From the NCBI RefSeq assembly GCF_018977255.1, contig NW_024704743.1:103480001-103544000 (forward strand): a stretch of 64,000 nt of DNA, in the 5' to 3' direction. The translations under genes and the position numbers were made by a program. Below are positions 25,001 to 37,151 of this stretch, in pieces. Numbering within the stretch: the first letter of the stretch is position 1; each line of letters starts with the position of its first letter. The DNA is from Callorhinchus milii (taxonomy: Eukaryota). Under the pieces are notes generated by a model. The model searched no databases. It was not told the DNA's origin and was given only the letters and a program-made list of their open reading frames with translations.

Positions 25001-26213
25001 ATTTGGTCACTCAATCCAGGGACTGTTTGTGGGACACTGCTGTGTACAATTGGCTACCGCATTTTGCCCACAAAATATACAGTCAATTCACTTTATGTCT
25101 ATTCTGTGAAGCACTTTGAGGCATCTCAGAGATGTGATAAGGCACTATATTAAATGCAAGGATTATTATCATAGTGTGAGGCAGCAATAAACATGGTAAA
25201 TTGGATTATGGGGTATATTATCATATCAATTGAGTTCACATCCCCAGAAGTCATGTTCAGAGAGCACAGGCACCCCTCCGAGTACTCAATCAGGGCTCTA
25301 CCTGAAGTGCGTCAGGCTCTACAGACCAATGTGGAAGAGAGTAATAAGGCTTAATGCCCTGTGTTAACAGAATAAGCTATGAGGAATGATTAAGTTAGAT
25401 AGGGATTGTCATCCTGAAAAGATGTACCAGTACCAGGAAGGCTGTTGCAATGTTTCATTTAAGAAACAGCCTCATACCGAGATGTGGCATGCTTAGTATT
25501 CCAGAAGGATGAGATCAAATAGTTACAAGGCCTTTTGTTATTTAAACCACTCTTGTGAACAATTCAGAAATACTAGTCCTTTAAAAATCACGATGAATAA
25601 AAAGCCAGATGCAGATACATTGTGCGTGCATAACTTTTGAAAATAGTGCATTCTTCTGAAGTAACATACCAGTCTCAGTTTGGTCTGGCACAAGTCCAGT
25701 GTGTTGATTCCTCTTTCAGGACAGGCAATTCAAAATCCTAAAAAAAACTAACTTGTTTAACAGAAGCATGCCGCTCTCTTTTATGTTGCTTTTTTTTAAA
25801 ATCTGAGCAGCATAAATACTTTAAACAATCTCTGTGCATTGCTTTCCAACTATATGATGTGTTTGATATCACTGTGTCGAGGAGAACAGACAATTCTGAA
25901 ACAAATGCAAATTTTTTAAAAAGCTTCCTTTAAGGCATCCCTTCTCCTCATTCATTGAAATACGTTTCATTTCAAAGTCCTTTTCTCAAAGATTTATGAA
26001 GCTTTCTGAGCTTTCTAGGTCATCATCTGTTGTTTTTTCAAATAAAGTTAGGGCTGAAATGGATTATATGATCTTTACTATATATTTTCTTCCTGGGGAT
26101 ATCTTTACATGTGCCTAAGTGCTTTTCCAGTCTGATGCTAATGCTGTCATTTCCTAGAACACTGTTTCAGTTATTCAAAAAGATTCATAAGATATAGTTC
26201 ATGCTGCCTACAA

Positions 26214-26552
26214 AGTGTCAGCGTGGCTCACTTGGTTCTTGCCTCTGAGTCAGAAGGTTGTGGGTTCAAGCCTATGCTACGACTCTGAATTCATATGGCT
26301 GACACTCCATTGCAATCCTGGAGGTGAGGCTGTTTGAAGGCACTGTTTCAAAAGAGAAGGAAATTTCTCCTGGTGTCCTGGCCAACAATTCCTAGATAAA
26401 AAATGGTCATTCATTTCATGGTTGTTTGTGGGACTTTGCTATATTTGCCTACAAAATACAATCACTACATTTTACAGTAATTTCTGTGAAGCACTTTGAG
26501 ACATCCTTCTGATGTGTAAAATGCTATATCAAATGCCAAGATTATTATTATT
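26214..26552 (+). mobile_element. Deu-domain SINE, internally deleted
   Basis: Head gtgtcagcgtggctcac..gcctctgagtcagaaggttgtgggttcaagcc; standard tail. Confidence 0.8.
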
Positions 26553-26840
26553 CTCAATCTTTTCAGAGCTGAAGAATCCTGATTTCTTGAAAATTTTAAA
26601 AGTGTTCATTTCATCAATGAACATTGATACTGATTGAGCCATAATGACCCAACAGCGTTTTGTGAGTGAAAATGCCAACAATAATTTCAGAATAGAACAG
26701 GAGATTCCAACTGCTGCACAGTAACAAGAAGCATGACCAACTGAGGTGGTAACACTTTCAAGTCAACGTATATGAAAGCAAAATAAGCTTTTCCTTCCCT
26801 GGATCATTTACTGTACTCCTGTACCCTGGACTGCATTTTG

Positions 26841-27168
26841 TGGAGTCCTGTAGCTCAGTGGTTAGAGCACTCACTTTGTAAGCGAGAGACCTGAGTTCAA
26901 TTCCAGGCAGGGCGAAACCTTGGGCAACTTTCCTTACTCCACACGCCTAATAATAATCCCTCCAAAACCAAAAACAATAATAAAAAATTGGTCATTTTCA
27001 ATCTACGACTGTTTGTGGGACATTGCTGTGCGCAATTGGCTGCCGCGTTCGCCCACAAATATACAGTCAATTCACTTTACAGTGTGTTCTGTGAAGTGCT
27101 TTGGGACGTCCTCCAGACGTGAAAAGCGCTATATCAAATGCAAGGATTATTATTATTATTATTATTAT
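26841..27168 (+). mobile_element. Young tRNA-derived SINE, full length
   Basis: Nearly identical to 6,411-6,732; long (att)n tail. Confidence 0.95.
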
Positions 27169-27639
27169 ATTACTGTAGGATCTCTGATTGTTTTCATTTT
27201 CTGTCTATCACACCATTGGGCTGCCCCCGATATAATATTTTATCGTAGCCAATGTTGGTGTGGCCACTAACAATGTTGGTCTTAGCTTCATTGAGCATCT
27301 GTTGTATTAATTACATGAATGGAGTTTCTCCCAGTAACCTGGATAACAACCCTTCACATAACATTGATCATTCAGTTCATGGCTGTTTGTAGGACAATGC
27401 TATGCACAAATTGGCTGTTGCATTCACCTGCAAATACATAGTCACAACACATCACAGTAAAATCCGTTCAAGTACTTTGAGACATCTTAACAATGTGATA
27501 TGGTGCTATACCAAATGCAATGTCATGATTATTGTGCTTATCCTTGATACATGCTGTTTTGGTTCTGTTATTAATCAGTTCACCGCCAGTTCAAATCAAC
27601 TTTCCAAATAGGCTGGAAGACTGGGTTTTGAATGGATCG

Positions 27640-27960
27640 ATCTCCATATTCCATAGTATATAACAACATATCCTCAATCACGCTAAACTCCATACCCCTG
27701 TCATCCCAGTTCATTGCCAGGCTCCACTGACTCCCTATTGCAAAACAAATCGATTTCAAGATCCTCACAATCATGTACAAATTACTTCATGTCAGGTGTT
27801 CTGCACATCCCTTAACCCCTCTGCTCCAACGACGTAAGCCACGCCTTCATCCACATTCTCCAAAATTCTTGAACTACCTGCCTTGATCGCTTCAGCTTGT
27901 CCCCCTCTTGCCTATCTTTAGTTTGCACTTGAAGACCTTCCTATATGGTCACATTTCCTC
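27640..27960 (+). mobile_element. Old L2 fragment
   Basis: gccaggctccactgactccctattgc..atcgatttcaagatcctcac; ttgaagaccttcct. Confidence 0.7.
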
Positions 27961-30121
27961 TCTCCCCAAATTGACATCAAGTTGTTAAGTCTCCGAGACG
28001 TACCCCGCTTTACACATGCACGTTATTGATTACAAGCTGAAACCAGTTATTTGAAATGTTTATTGGTCTAGAAGACTAAGAGCAACCTGAAGCATTTTGG
28101 ATAATTTATGGACAATTTTCTTTCCAAAAGGCCTGCATTGGAATATTCCTCAGAACGTGCCTACAAATACACAGTTGTTTCACTTAACAGTAAATCTGGT
28201 GAAGTGCATTGAGTGTCCTCCTCCATGAGAGGTGAAAAGCATTTTATCAAATGCAAGGACTATCAATGTTAGAATGTGATCAGAGTTTCTCTGTATGAGA
28301 CAGTGTTTCCAAATTTGACATTTTCTGAAATGATACATTAATAAAATAAATCCAGACCCATGAGAAATTAGTACCTTATTATTGCCCAATTAGATGGAAT
28401 AGAAATAGGAAAAAAAACAACTTAAGAATTTCAAAAAAAATTTTTGAAAAAAAGCACAGACAAAAGTAAGGAAAATTACTAGAAAAGATATTAATCCATT
28501 GATCATGTAGAAGTAAAGGGAATTGAGAGACAAGAGAACAGCAGATTTAATAATGAGGTTTATGTTTAGTATATTTTATGAACAATCTTTATCTTTCTTA
28601 TTCTTAATTGACATTGTTTTAAAAAGTCTAATTTTTATTTGGTGTTGATATAAAATACAGTCACTTCACTTTAGTGTACAATATACTGAATCGCTTTCAA
28701 TCCCCCCTGATGTGAAAGTGCTCTGGGAACCTATCCTGCATGAGAGATGCTATATAAATGCACGTTGTTGTTGTTGTTGATGTTGAAATACTTTTATTAT
28801 CTGGTGTACATCACATGTTTTACTGGTTTGGTGTCATGCATGCATTCATTGTTTTTGAAAACAAAGATCCTATATCAAATGCAAGATTATCATTATTTAT
28901 AACAAGAGCAACTTATATATTTATAGTGTCCTTTTTGCAGAATAACATCTCAGAGCACTTCACAACAATGTGTTGAAGACTGAGCAAGGGAGAAGAGAGA
29001 GAAGTTATCAGGTGGAATTTAAAGACAGATAGAGAGGGGGTGAAACATAAGGGTAATGGGAAGGAATTCCAGAGGTTGGGGGATATACAAGCTGAAGGCA
29101 CGGTCACTGATGGTGACATAGAGGGAACGGGGGACTTACAGCAGACCCACATTATCTAAGCAGAGAGAGGTGAGAAGAGTAGAAGAGGAAAACATCATCA
29201 CAAAGATAGGGAGATGCTAGGAAAGGGATCTATAGGTGTGGCTGAGAACCTTGAAATTGATATGTTGGGAGACAGAGAGACATTGGAGCATGCCCAAGTC
29301 CTTGTGATGGTTATTATTATTATTATTTTAGTAGTAGTGGTGGTAGTAATGCTAGCATTATCTTATCAGATTCTGTTTATGGTCATTGCGAAAAGGTGCT
29401 GCTGGCCGGTTATTCTTTTACCATTGTATTTCGCAGCTAATCCTCAATGCAGACACGTGTGCAGTGTAGAGTGGACAGGTTCTGCAATGCAAAATATATA
29501 GTTCTCATTGTATTTTTATTATCTGGTGTACATCACATTTTACTGGTTTAGTGTCATGCATGCATTCATTGTTTTTGAAAACAAAGATCCTCATAATCAT
29601 TTGGCTTTGAAGTCATAATTCATCCATATGTGTGCAAATGCTCACAACCTTTATGTAAATGCTTACTTATGTAAGTTTATGATCCTCATCAATGTGAATT
29701 ACTTTCTTTCATAAAGCAAGCCTCAAAATGCCACTGAGTGTCATGAAAGTTTGAGGAATCATGCATATGGCTCTCCAGTGGGTGGAGGAGGTGAAAAATG
29801 TACACAGACCTCCTTGTATTAGTCTGACTTTTATTGTGTATTGTGTCTGGCATATTGGTTATTGTATATGACATTTTAAAGCAGTTTTTGCTCTGTTCCT
29901 CTCTTAAATGCATTGAGTTTTCAGGATATGATTTCATAGACAAACTGTTTATCTTGTTCTCTGCAGTCTATTCAACCTTGAAGGGTTGGCAACAGTACTT
30001 TCACTAGATATCATTAGATAGTAGTGAAAAGTAGAAAACTCCCCAGCACAGGTTTAGCAAGGTCACAACTTATTGTACAGAGCAGAGAATACATACGTAA
30101 TCTACATACACTGTATGGTTT

Positions 30122-30452
30122 AATCATAGAATCATAGAATTATACAGCACAGAAGGAGACCATTCGGCTCATCGTGCCTGTACCGGCTCTTTGAAAGAGC
30201 TGTCCAAATTAATCCCACTCCCCCGCTTTCTCCCCATGCCCTTGCAAATTTGTCTTCCCCAAATTTCTATTCACTTCTCTCTTGAAAGTTGTTATTGAAT
30301 CTACTCCCACCACCTTTTCAGGTACTGCATTCCAGATCCGAACAACTCGCTGTGTGAAAAAATGTCTCCTCATCTCCTTTGGTTCTTTTAACAACCATCT
30401 TACATCTGTGTCCTCTGGTTACTGAGAAACAGTTTCTCCCTGTTCACTCTAT
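30122..30452 (-). mobile_element. CR1 3' end (family B)
   Basis: ORF 30209-30394 RRHFFTQRVVRIWNAVP. Confidence 0.9.
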
Positions 30453-30629
30453 CATGTAATGTAATGCTACATCAGATGATGCATTTAACCATGAGATCAT
30501 TAGAGGAATTCCTGTTAATTACCTTTGTAAGTTATTTTGAAATAATTTGCTTTGTAGAACCTGTCTACTCTATGCGACACTGCACAAAGTTCTGCAGCGA
30601 GGATTGCTTGAGAAATACAATGGTATTGC

Positions 30630-32328
30630 CCCACCCTCTGTCACCAAACTCATCCTGTCCCTGAACCCCACCAGCTGCTCCCTTGACCCCATCCCCACTC
30701 CACTCCTTATCTCCACCTCCTTGCCCCACATATCACAGACATCGTCAACCTGTCCCTCTCCTCTGGGTCTGTTCCCATTCACTTAAAAATTGCCACCATC
30801 ACTCCCACTTCGAAAAAACCCTCCCTTGATGCGTCGCAGCTATCAAACTATCGGCCCATCTCCAACCTCCCCTTCCTGTCCAAGGTCCTGGAACGAGTTG
30901 TCGCCTCCCAGCTGCGCTCTTTCCTCTCCACCCATTCATTATTCGAACCCCTTCAGTCGGGTTTCCGTGCTGCCCATAGCACAGAAACTGCCCTGGTCAA
31001 GGTCACCAATGATATCCTGACCATCTGTGACCAGGGCTCCCTCTGCCTCCTCGTCCTCCTCGACCTATCGGCAGCATTCGAAACGGTCGACCATGCTATC
31101 CTTCTCCACCGCTTGTCCTCCCACCTCAACCTTCAAGGCCCTGTCCTTGAGTGGTTTAGGTCGTACCTCTTCCACCGTCTTCACTTTGTTTCCACGAATG
31201 GCTTTTCCTCCAGCCCCCGCACTGTCTCGTGCGGTGTCCCTCAGGGCTCTGTCCTTGGTCCCCTCCTCTTCACCCTCTATATGCTCCCCCTTGGTGACAT
31301 CATCTGCAGACATGGGGTTAACTTCCACATGTATGCGGATGACACCCAACTCTACCTTTCCTCCTCTACCCTCAACTCCACGACCACCGATGTCCTGACA
31401 GCCTGCCTGTCCGACATCGAGTCCTGGACGAGAGACAACTTTCTTCAGCTCAACGTGCATAAAACTGAGGCCCTCCTGATTGGCTCACGTCAGCGCCTCC
31501 GCACCTCAGGCACTGACAGCATCAGCATCCAAGGCTGCACTCTCCACCTCTCAAAGCCAGTCAGGAATCTCGGTGTTCTGTTCGACCCTGAGTTGTCCTT
31601 TCTCCCTCATATCCGCGCCACAACTGGCACCACCTTCCATCACCTCCGGAATATCGCCAGACTACGGCACTACCTCACCCCTCACGCTGCTGAAACTCTG
31701 GTCCACGCCTTTATCACCTCAAGACTGGACTATGGGAACTCTCTCCTCGCCGGCCTTCCCGGCACCTCCCTCCACAAGCTGCAGGTCATTCAGAACTCTG
31801 CAGCTCGTGTACTGTCCCGCACCAGGACCACATCACTCCCACCCTCGCTCGCCTCCACTGGCTTCCCATCACCCAGAGGATTGATTTCAAGATCCTCATC
31901 CTCACCTACAAGGCCATTCCCGGCCTTGCTCCCTCCTACCTCTCTGACCTACTATCCCCCTATCTACCTGCCCGTACCCTCCGTTCCTCTGTCTCCGGTC
32001 TGCTCCACATTCCCCGCCCCAACCGCCTTACCATCGGTGGCCGGGCCTTCAGCCTCTCAGCCTCTAGGTTCCGGAACTCTATCCCCCAGTGCCTTCGCCG
32101 CCTCCTCCCTTTCCTCCTTCAAGGCCGGTCTCAAGACCTTTCTCTTTGACCGTGCCTTCAGCTCCCCTCTCGACTCTCTACCCCCTCCTTGCTCCCTCCC
32201 TTCCCTCCCCTCACCCTGACCATTTCCCCCCTGCTCGGGTCTTGACCCAACTGTACAGTGCCTTGGGACGTCCTCCCGACGTGAAAGGCACTCTATAAAT
32301 GGAATCTTGTTGTTGTTGTTGTTGTTGT
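30630..32328 (+). mobile_element. L2 LINE, 5'-truncated, with a well-preserved RT domain
   Basis: [57 protein letters not shown]; frameshift near 31,826; stem-loop tail and (gtt)n. Confidence 0.97.
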
Positions 32329-32389
32329 AAACAATGTTAGGTTACTAGCACCTTTTTCACTCTGTACTATAGACAGAATCTGATAAGGT

Positions 32390-32718
32390 ACCAGCTATCC
32401 TCACTGATCTCCCCAACTCCACTATAAGCGAGGCCCAAAGGTGCAAAACTCTGTCACCCATATCCTCTCCCATACCAGGCCCCACAGCCCCATCACCCCA
32501 ATTCTTGCCAGACTTCAATGGCTCCCTGTTGCAGAATGGTTCAAATTCAACTGTCACTTTCAAATCACTTCGGGCTCTGGCACCTTCCTACACCTGAAGA
32601 CTTTCTTCTTTGACCATGCCTTCTGTTACCACCCTTCTTTTTCCAGCTCGGTACCATTGTTAAAAGTACTCTGAGGTGCGATCTGTGTGAAGGGTGCTAT
32701 ATAACTGCAGGTTGTTAT
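32390..32718 (+). mobile_element. Older L2 3' fragment
   Basis: QNS..PITPILARLQWLPV..LKTFFF. Confidence 0.75.
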
Positions 32719-33029
32719 TCCTTTCCCAGTTTTCTCAATCTCATATCATTTAAGTAACAGACACACAGTCATTGACATGGAAAAAAGTAAGTTCCTTTTG
32801 TTAAATTTATAGATTTGAATGGAATTTTTGATCAGCAGCTTGTTCCAATTTGGATGATAAAAATTATAGCAATGTGATTTAACATAGGTTGTTAAAGTAG
32901 CATTCTTTTGTCTATTTCTCTTGATAAAGAAATAGTAAAAAGATCATTACTTAAGCAATAAACGTAAGGCTGCCCCTGTGTATAAAATTAAATATTTAAT
33001 TTTTCATCAGGTCAATCTGGAAGGTGATT

Positions 33030-33280
33030 TAGACTCAGTGGTTAGAGGACTCGCCTCACAAGCGAGAGACCTAGTTCGATTCCCGGCAGGATGAAACCTT
33101 GGGCATTAATAAAATTGGTCACTTCTGTTTGTGGGACACTGCTGCGCGCAATTGGCTGTGGCGTTTCGCTCACAAATATACAGTGAATTCACTTTACAGT
33201 ATATTCTGTTAAGCGCTTTGAGATGTCTAAAAGACATGAAAAGCGAAATATCAAATGTAAGGATTATTATTATTATTATT
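33030..33280 (+). mobile_element. tRNA SINE, internally deleted
   Basis: ctcagtggttagaggactcgcctcacaagcgagagacc; standard tail. Confidence 0.85.
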
Positions 33281-34004
33281 TGATCATCAATAAACTTACC
33301 AACCATGATGAGCGAGCACTTGCCTACACTGATAGCTAAATTTACTGACTTTGGTGACAGAGATTAATCATAGGCTGACATTAGCAGTAAGGTATGAAGC
33401 AGTATCCAGCCAAGAGATAGCCAACTGCTTTGGTTTGGGGCCTAATGGTGTTTACATTTTGTACAAATAACATGGAGGCTGGAATCATGCCAAAGACATT
33501 TATTAAGTATTTCCTCTTATTCCTATAGATTGTCCACAGGCATAACTCTCACCTCATTGTTATTGTGGGATTACTACTGCAACAACACATCACGAGTAGG
33601 GGAAATCTAACCTGTCTTCCGATGATAATAATAATAATTCTTGCATTTGATATAGCGCCTTATCACGTCTTTAAGACATCTCAAAGCACTTCACAGAATA
33701 TACAGTAAAGTGATTCGACAATATTTTGTAGGCAAAACAATGGTCTAAATGTAGCTCAGGTTCCCCATTAGTGAGTGAGTGATCTAACGCTTAGTGAATT
33801 CTGCTTTACAATCACAGGAAGAGCCGACAATAAAGGATCAAAATGTGACGTTGCAACGAACACAACTTGATTTTGGTACAATGTTCTAAAGCAAGTTTCA
33901 AGATTTCTTGAAGGCCATCTTGGATTCCTGATAGTGGAATCCAATTGTTGTTTCCAATCCTGAGCCCACATTTAGGGTTTTGATTAATCTGACACCAATT
34001 CAAT

Positions 34005-34225
34005 TGAAACTTCTTTACGCAGAAGCTCGTGAGAATGTGGAACTCAGTGCCGGAAACTGTGGTTGAAGGAAAAGGCATCAATGTATTTAAGAGAACACTG
34101 GATGAGTACATGAAGGAGAAGAGAATAGAAAGGTGCAGGAAACTGGAACAGGATGTGCAGTATAAATGGACTACTTGGGCCAAATGTCCTGTTTTCATAC
34201 TTCTTTAATTCTATGTAATTCTTTG
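34005..34225 (+). mobile_element. CR1 3' end (older)
   Basis: FFTQKLVRMWNSVP-like reading; ttctatgt tail. Confidence 0.7.
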
Positions 34226-36705
34226 TAGCTAACTAAGCCGCTATCTCAAGAAACTTCACTGAAATTATATGAATGACAGATGGAAACAATAATGGCAGCT
34301 AAAAAATCTTTGAGCTGTGCCATTGTGCCAAAGTTAGGAGCGTTTCACTTTCATTCTTCAGGAATGGTTAGAAAAGTGGATTATTTAATAACAACTCCAG
34401 TAACACATTCAATCATTATAGAATCTGTTCTGAAATATCCTTATTTTTTTAAAAAATTGCTGGAGGAAGAACAGCAAAGGGATACATGATTATTTACAAA
34501 ACTTTGGGGAAAAGTTTTTGAATGGGATGGAGAACGTTAATGGAGCATTTAGAAATAATTAAAACTGTTTAAGGATTTGGAAGGTTTGGGTAAAGATACT
34601 TTTTTTTCCGCAGTGAACAAAAGTTAAGAACAAGGATCAGAACTTCAAAGCAAGTACAACCAAACAGGATAAGAAATGCAGAGCCCAACTTTTAGTAAAA
34701 AGATGATGGGCACGTGGAGCAAACAAGCACCACACAGAATGAAACAAAAAACTCCAAAAGGTTTCTAAAAGGAACTAGATTATTTCCTCTTAATTAAAAA
34801 CCTCATTAAGTGATGACATTGGACTCCTGTCTGAAATTGTTATGAGGGTCTAGCTTGCAAAATTCTCCCAAAGACTTTGCAATTAATGAAGCTGTAGATA
34901 TCTGCATGTGTTGGAGTCTGACCTGCTAGAATTGCTCTTGGAATGGTCTCCTACTGCCTGGTTACACGAGTTTTCTTGGCCATAGATGAGCATCACAAGT
35001 CAGAGCTGAGATTTGGATCTGAACAGAATTCCAATGGGTTATCATGCTGTACGTCCAGATACCTGTGGGTTATGAGAAATTCCACCTGGGTTTAGATTTA
35101 CTCTATTTTTGCAGAATTTTAGAGCATCCAAAATTTGGTAAATAGTTGAATTTATTTGTGCCTTTAAATTGGGTTTCTGTGGCTCTTAAGTAAACTTACA
35201 GAAAACAATTTCAAAATTAAGGTTGTGTTCAAGAAATTGCCAAACTTTCTAAAATGCTATATAAATGGAGTAAATCTAGTCCCATGAGAAATTCCTCCTT
35301 TGGGAATTGTTATTTACAAACCTTTTAATGCCGTCACAGATGTAACCCCTCTTTGATACATATACATATCATTTTATACCTGCACTATGGACACAAAACT
35401 CCACCTGGTTATATGTTGTGAATTTTAAGATTATGAGGAAATACAAATTTAATTTGAAACCAGTTCCCAATTTACACTACACTACAGTACAATTTACAAT
35501 ACACTGCAATACAAATTTACATTTACATAGCACCTTTCATGTTAGGAAGTTGTCCTAAAGGTTGTGCTGGGGTGGGAGCTTGGGGTTGGAACCAAGGGGA
35601 AAAGATAACCGACGTGTGGTCAAAGAGGTAGCTCTTGAGACAGTCTTTAAATCAGTTGAGCGAGGGAGATAAAGTTCCAGAGAGTGGGGCACATAAGACG
35701 GGGTAAATGAAACAGACTGATGCTTGCTGAGTGAATTTAGTACTGGATTAATGAATTTTACACTATTTTCCATTATTTTGCACAATCTTAAGACAAAATA
35801 TGTTTATGGGCTATAATTTGATGGTATCGAGCCTCGTATATCTTTGTAGTTACAGACACATCAAGGCAATTAAGTTGTGTAAATTGACATCAAGGTAAAA
35901 ATTATTAATTTTCAATGAATGGCATTCAGTTGACAACATTTGCAAAATGGCAGAAAAGCAATTTGGCACCATTGATGATTATTTTAACTGAACATAAAGA
36001 AAATGTTGTGGAGAGTTGGGACATGCTAAGGCCAGAGTCATGTAGAATTGTACATGCTATGAAGTTTATGGCTGGCTCCACTGCAAAGCACAATAGAAGT
36101 GCATCTCCACAACACACTATCAATTTTGTAAAATTGCTATAGACTGGTTGGTCTATACAATCTATACAAAGATTGGTTGAATCATTTTGAAGTGCTGAAT
36201 GGTTTGTGGAAAAAATATCCCTGACCACAAGAATAAAAATTTGAGAAGGGAAGCACTTTGAAGACCATTTCCTCTAACAAGGCTGGGATTGAGCAGAAAT
36301 ATTGACTCCCAAAAAATGACACTGAATCTTATTCAGAAATGAATCAACTTCTGGATCCAAGGTCCCAAGACTTAACAGAGGCCAGCACGGCATTATCTGG
36401 TGCTTCAGTCTTGAATGTGGCTGGAAGTTGACTGGAGGTCAAGGTTGAACTATTCGAATAGCAACATTGGTGGATAAATAGTTCAGCACTTCAATGATGG
36501 AGTAGTCGGTTTTCCCAGGTAAAAGCTGTGAGCGCAATGATTCTGATCATCAAACTCCATCCCTGTAAAATCTACAAAACACCATGGATTAATGTTGAAC
36601 TTAATGTTGTCTTAGGATGTCCTTCTGACGTGAAAGGCACTATACAAATGTAATGTTGTATTTCCACAACTTCCATAAGAAGCTGGATTTCGTTTGAAAA
36701 ACATA

Positions 36706-37151
36706 CAACAACAAGATTCCATTCATAGAGCGCATTTCACGTCAGGAGGACGTCCCAAGGCGCTGCACAGTTGGGTCAGGACCCGAGCAGGGGGGAAATG
36801 GTCAGGGTGAGGGGAGGGAAGGGAGGGAGCGAGGAGGGGGTAGAGAGCCGAGAGGGGAGCCGAAGGCTCGGTCAAAGAGAAAGGTCTTGAGACCGGCCTT
36901 GAAGGAGGAAAGGGAGGAGGCGGCGAAGGCACTGGGGGATAGAGTTCCAAAGCCTAGGGGCTGAGAGGCTGAAGGCCCAGCCATCGATGGTAGGGCAGTT
37001 GGGACGGGGGATGTGGAGCAGACCGGAGCCAGAGGAGCGGAGGGTACAGGCAGGTAGGTAGGGGGATAGTAGGTCAGAGAGGTAGGAGGGAGCAAGGCCG
37101 TGAATGGCCTTGTAGGTGAGGATGAGGATCTTGAAATCGATCCTCTGGGGA
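36706..37151 (-). mobile_element. Young L2 3' end
   Basis: Very similar to 31,873-32,320. Confidence 0.95.

Noticed and set aside
31113..32219. 368-aa ORF as a functional gene
   Set aside because: 5'-truncated L2 ORF2; the C-terminal part is out of frame after ~31,826
33500..33625. Possible exon after a polypyrimidine tract and AG at ~33,528
   Set aside because: No recognisable peptide or convincing donor site; runs into a SINE tail
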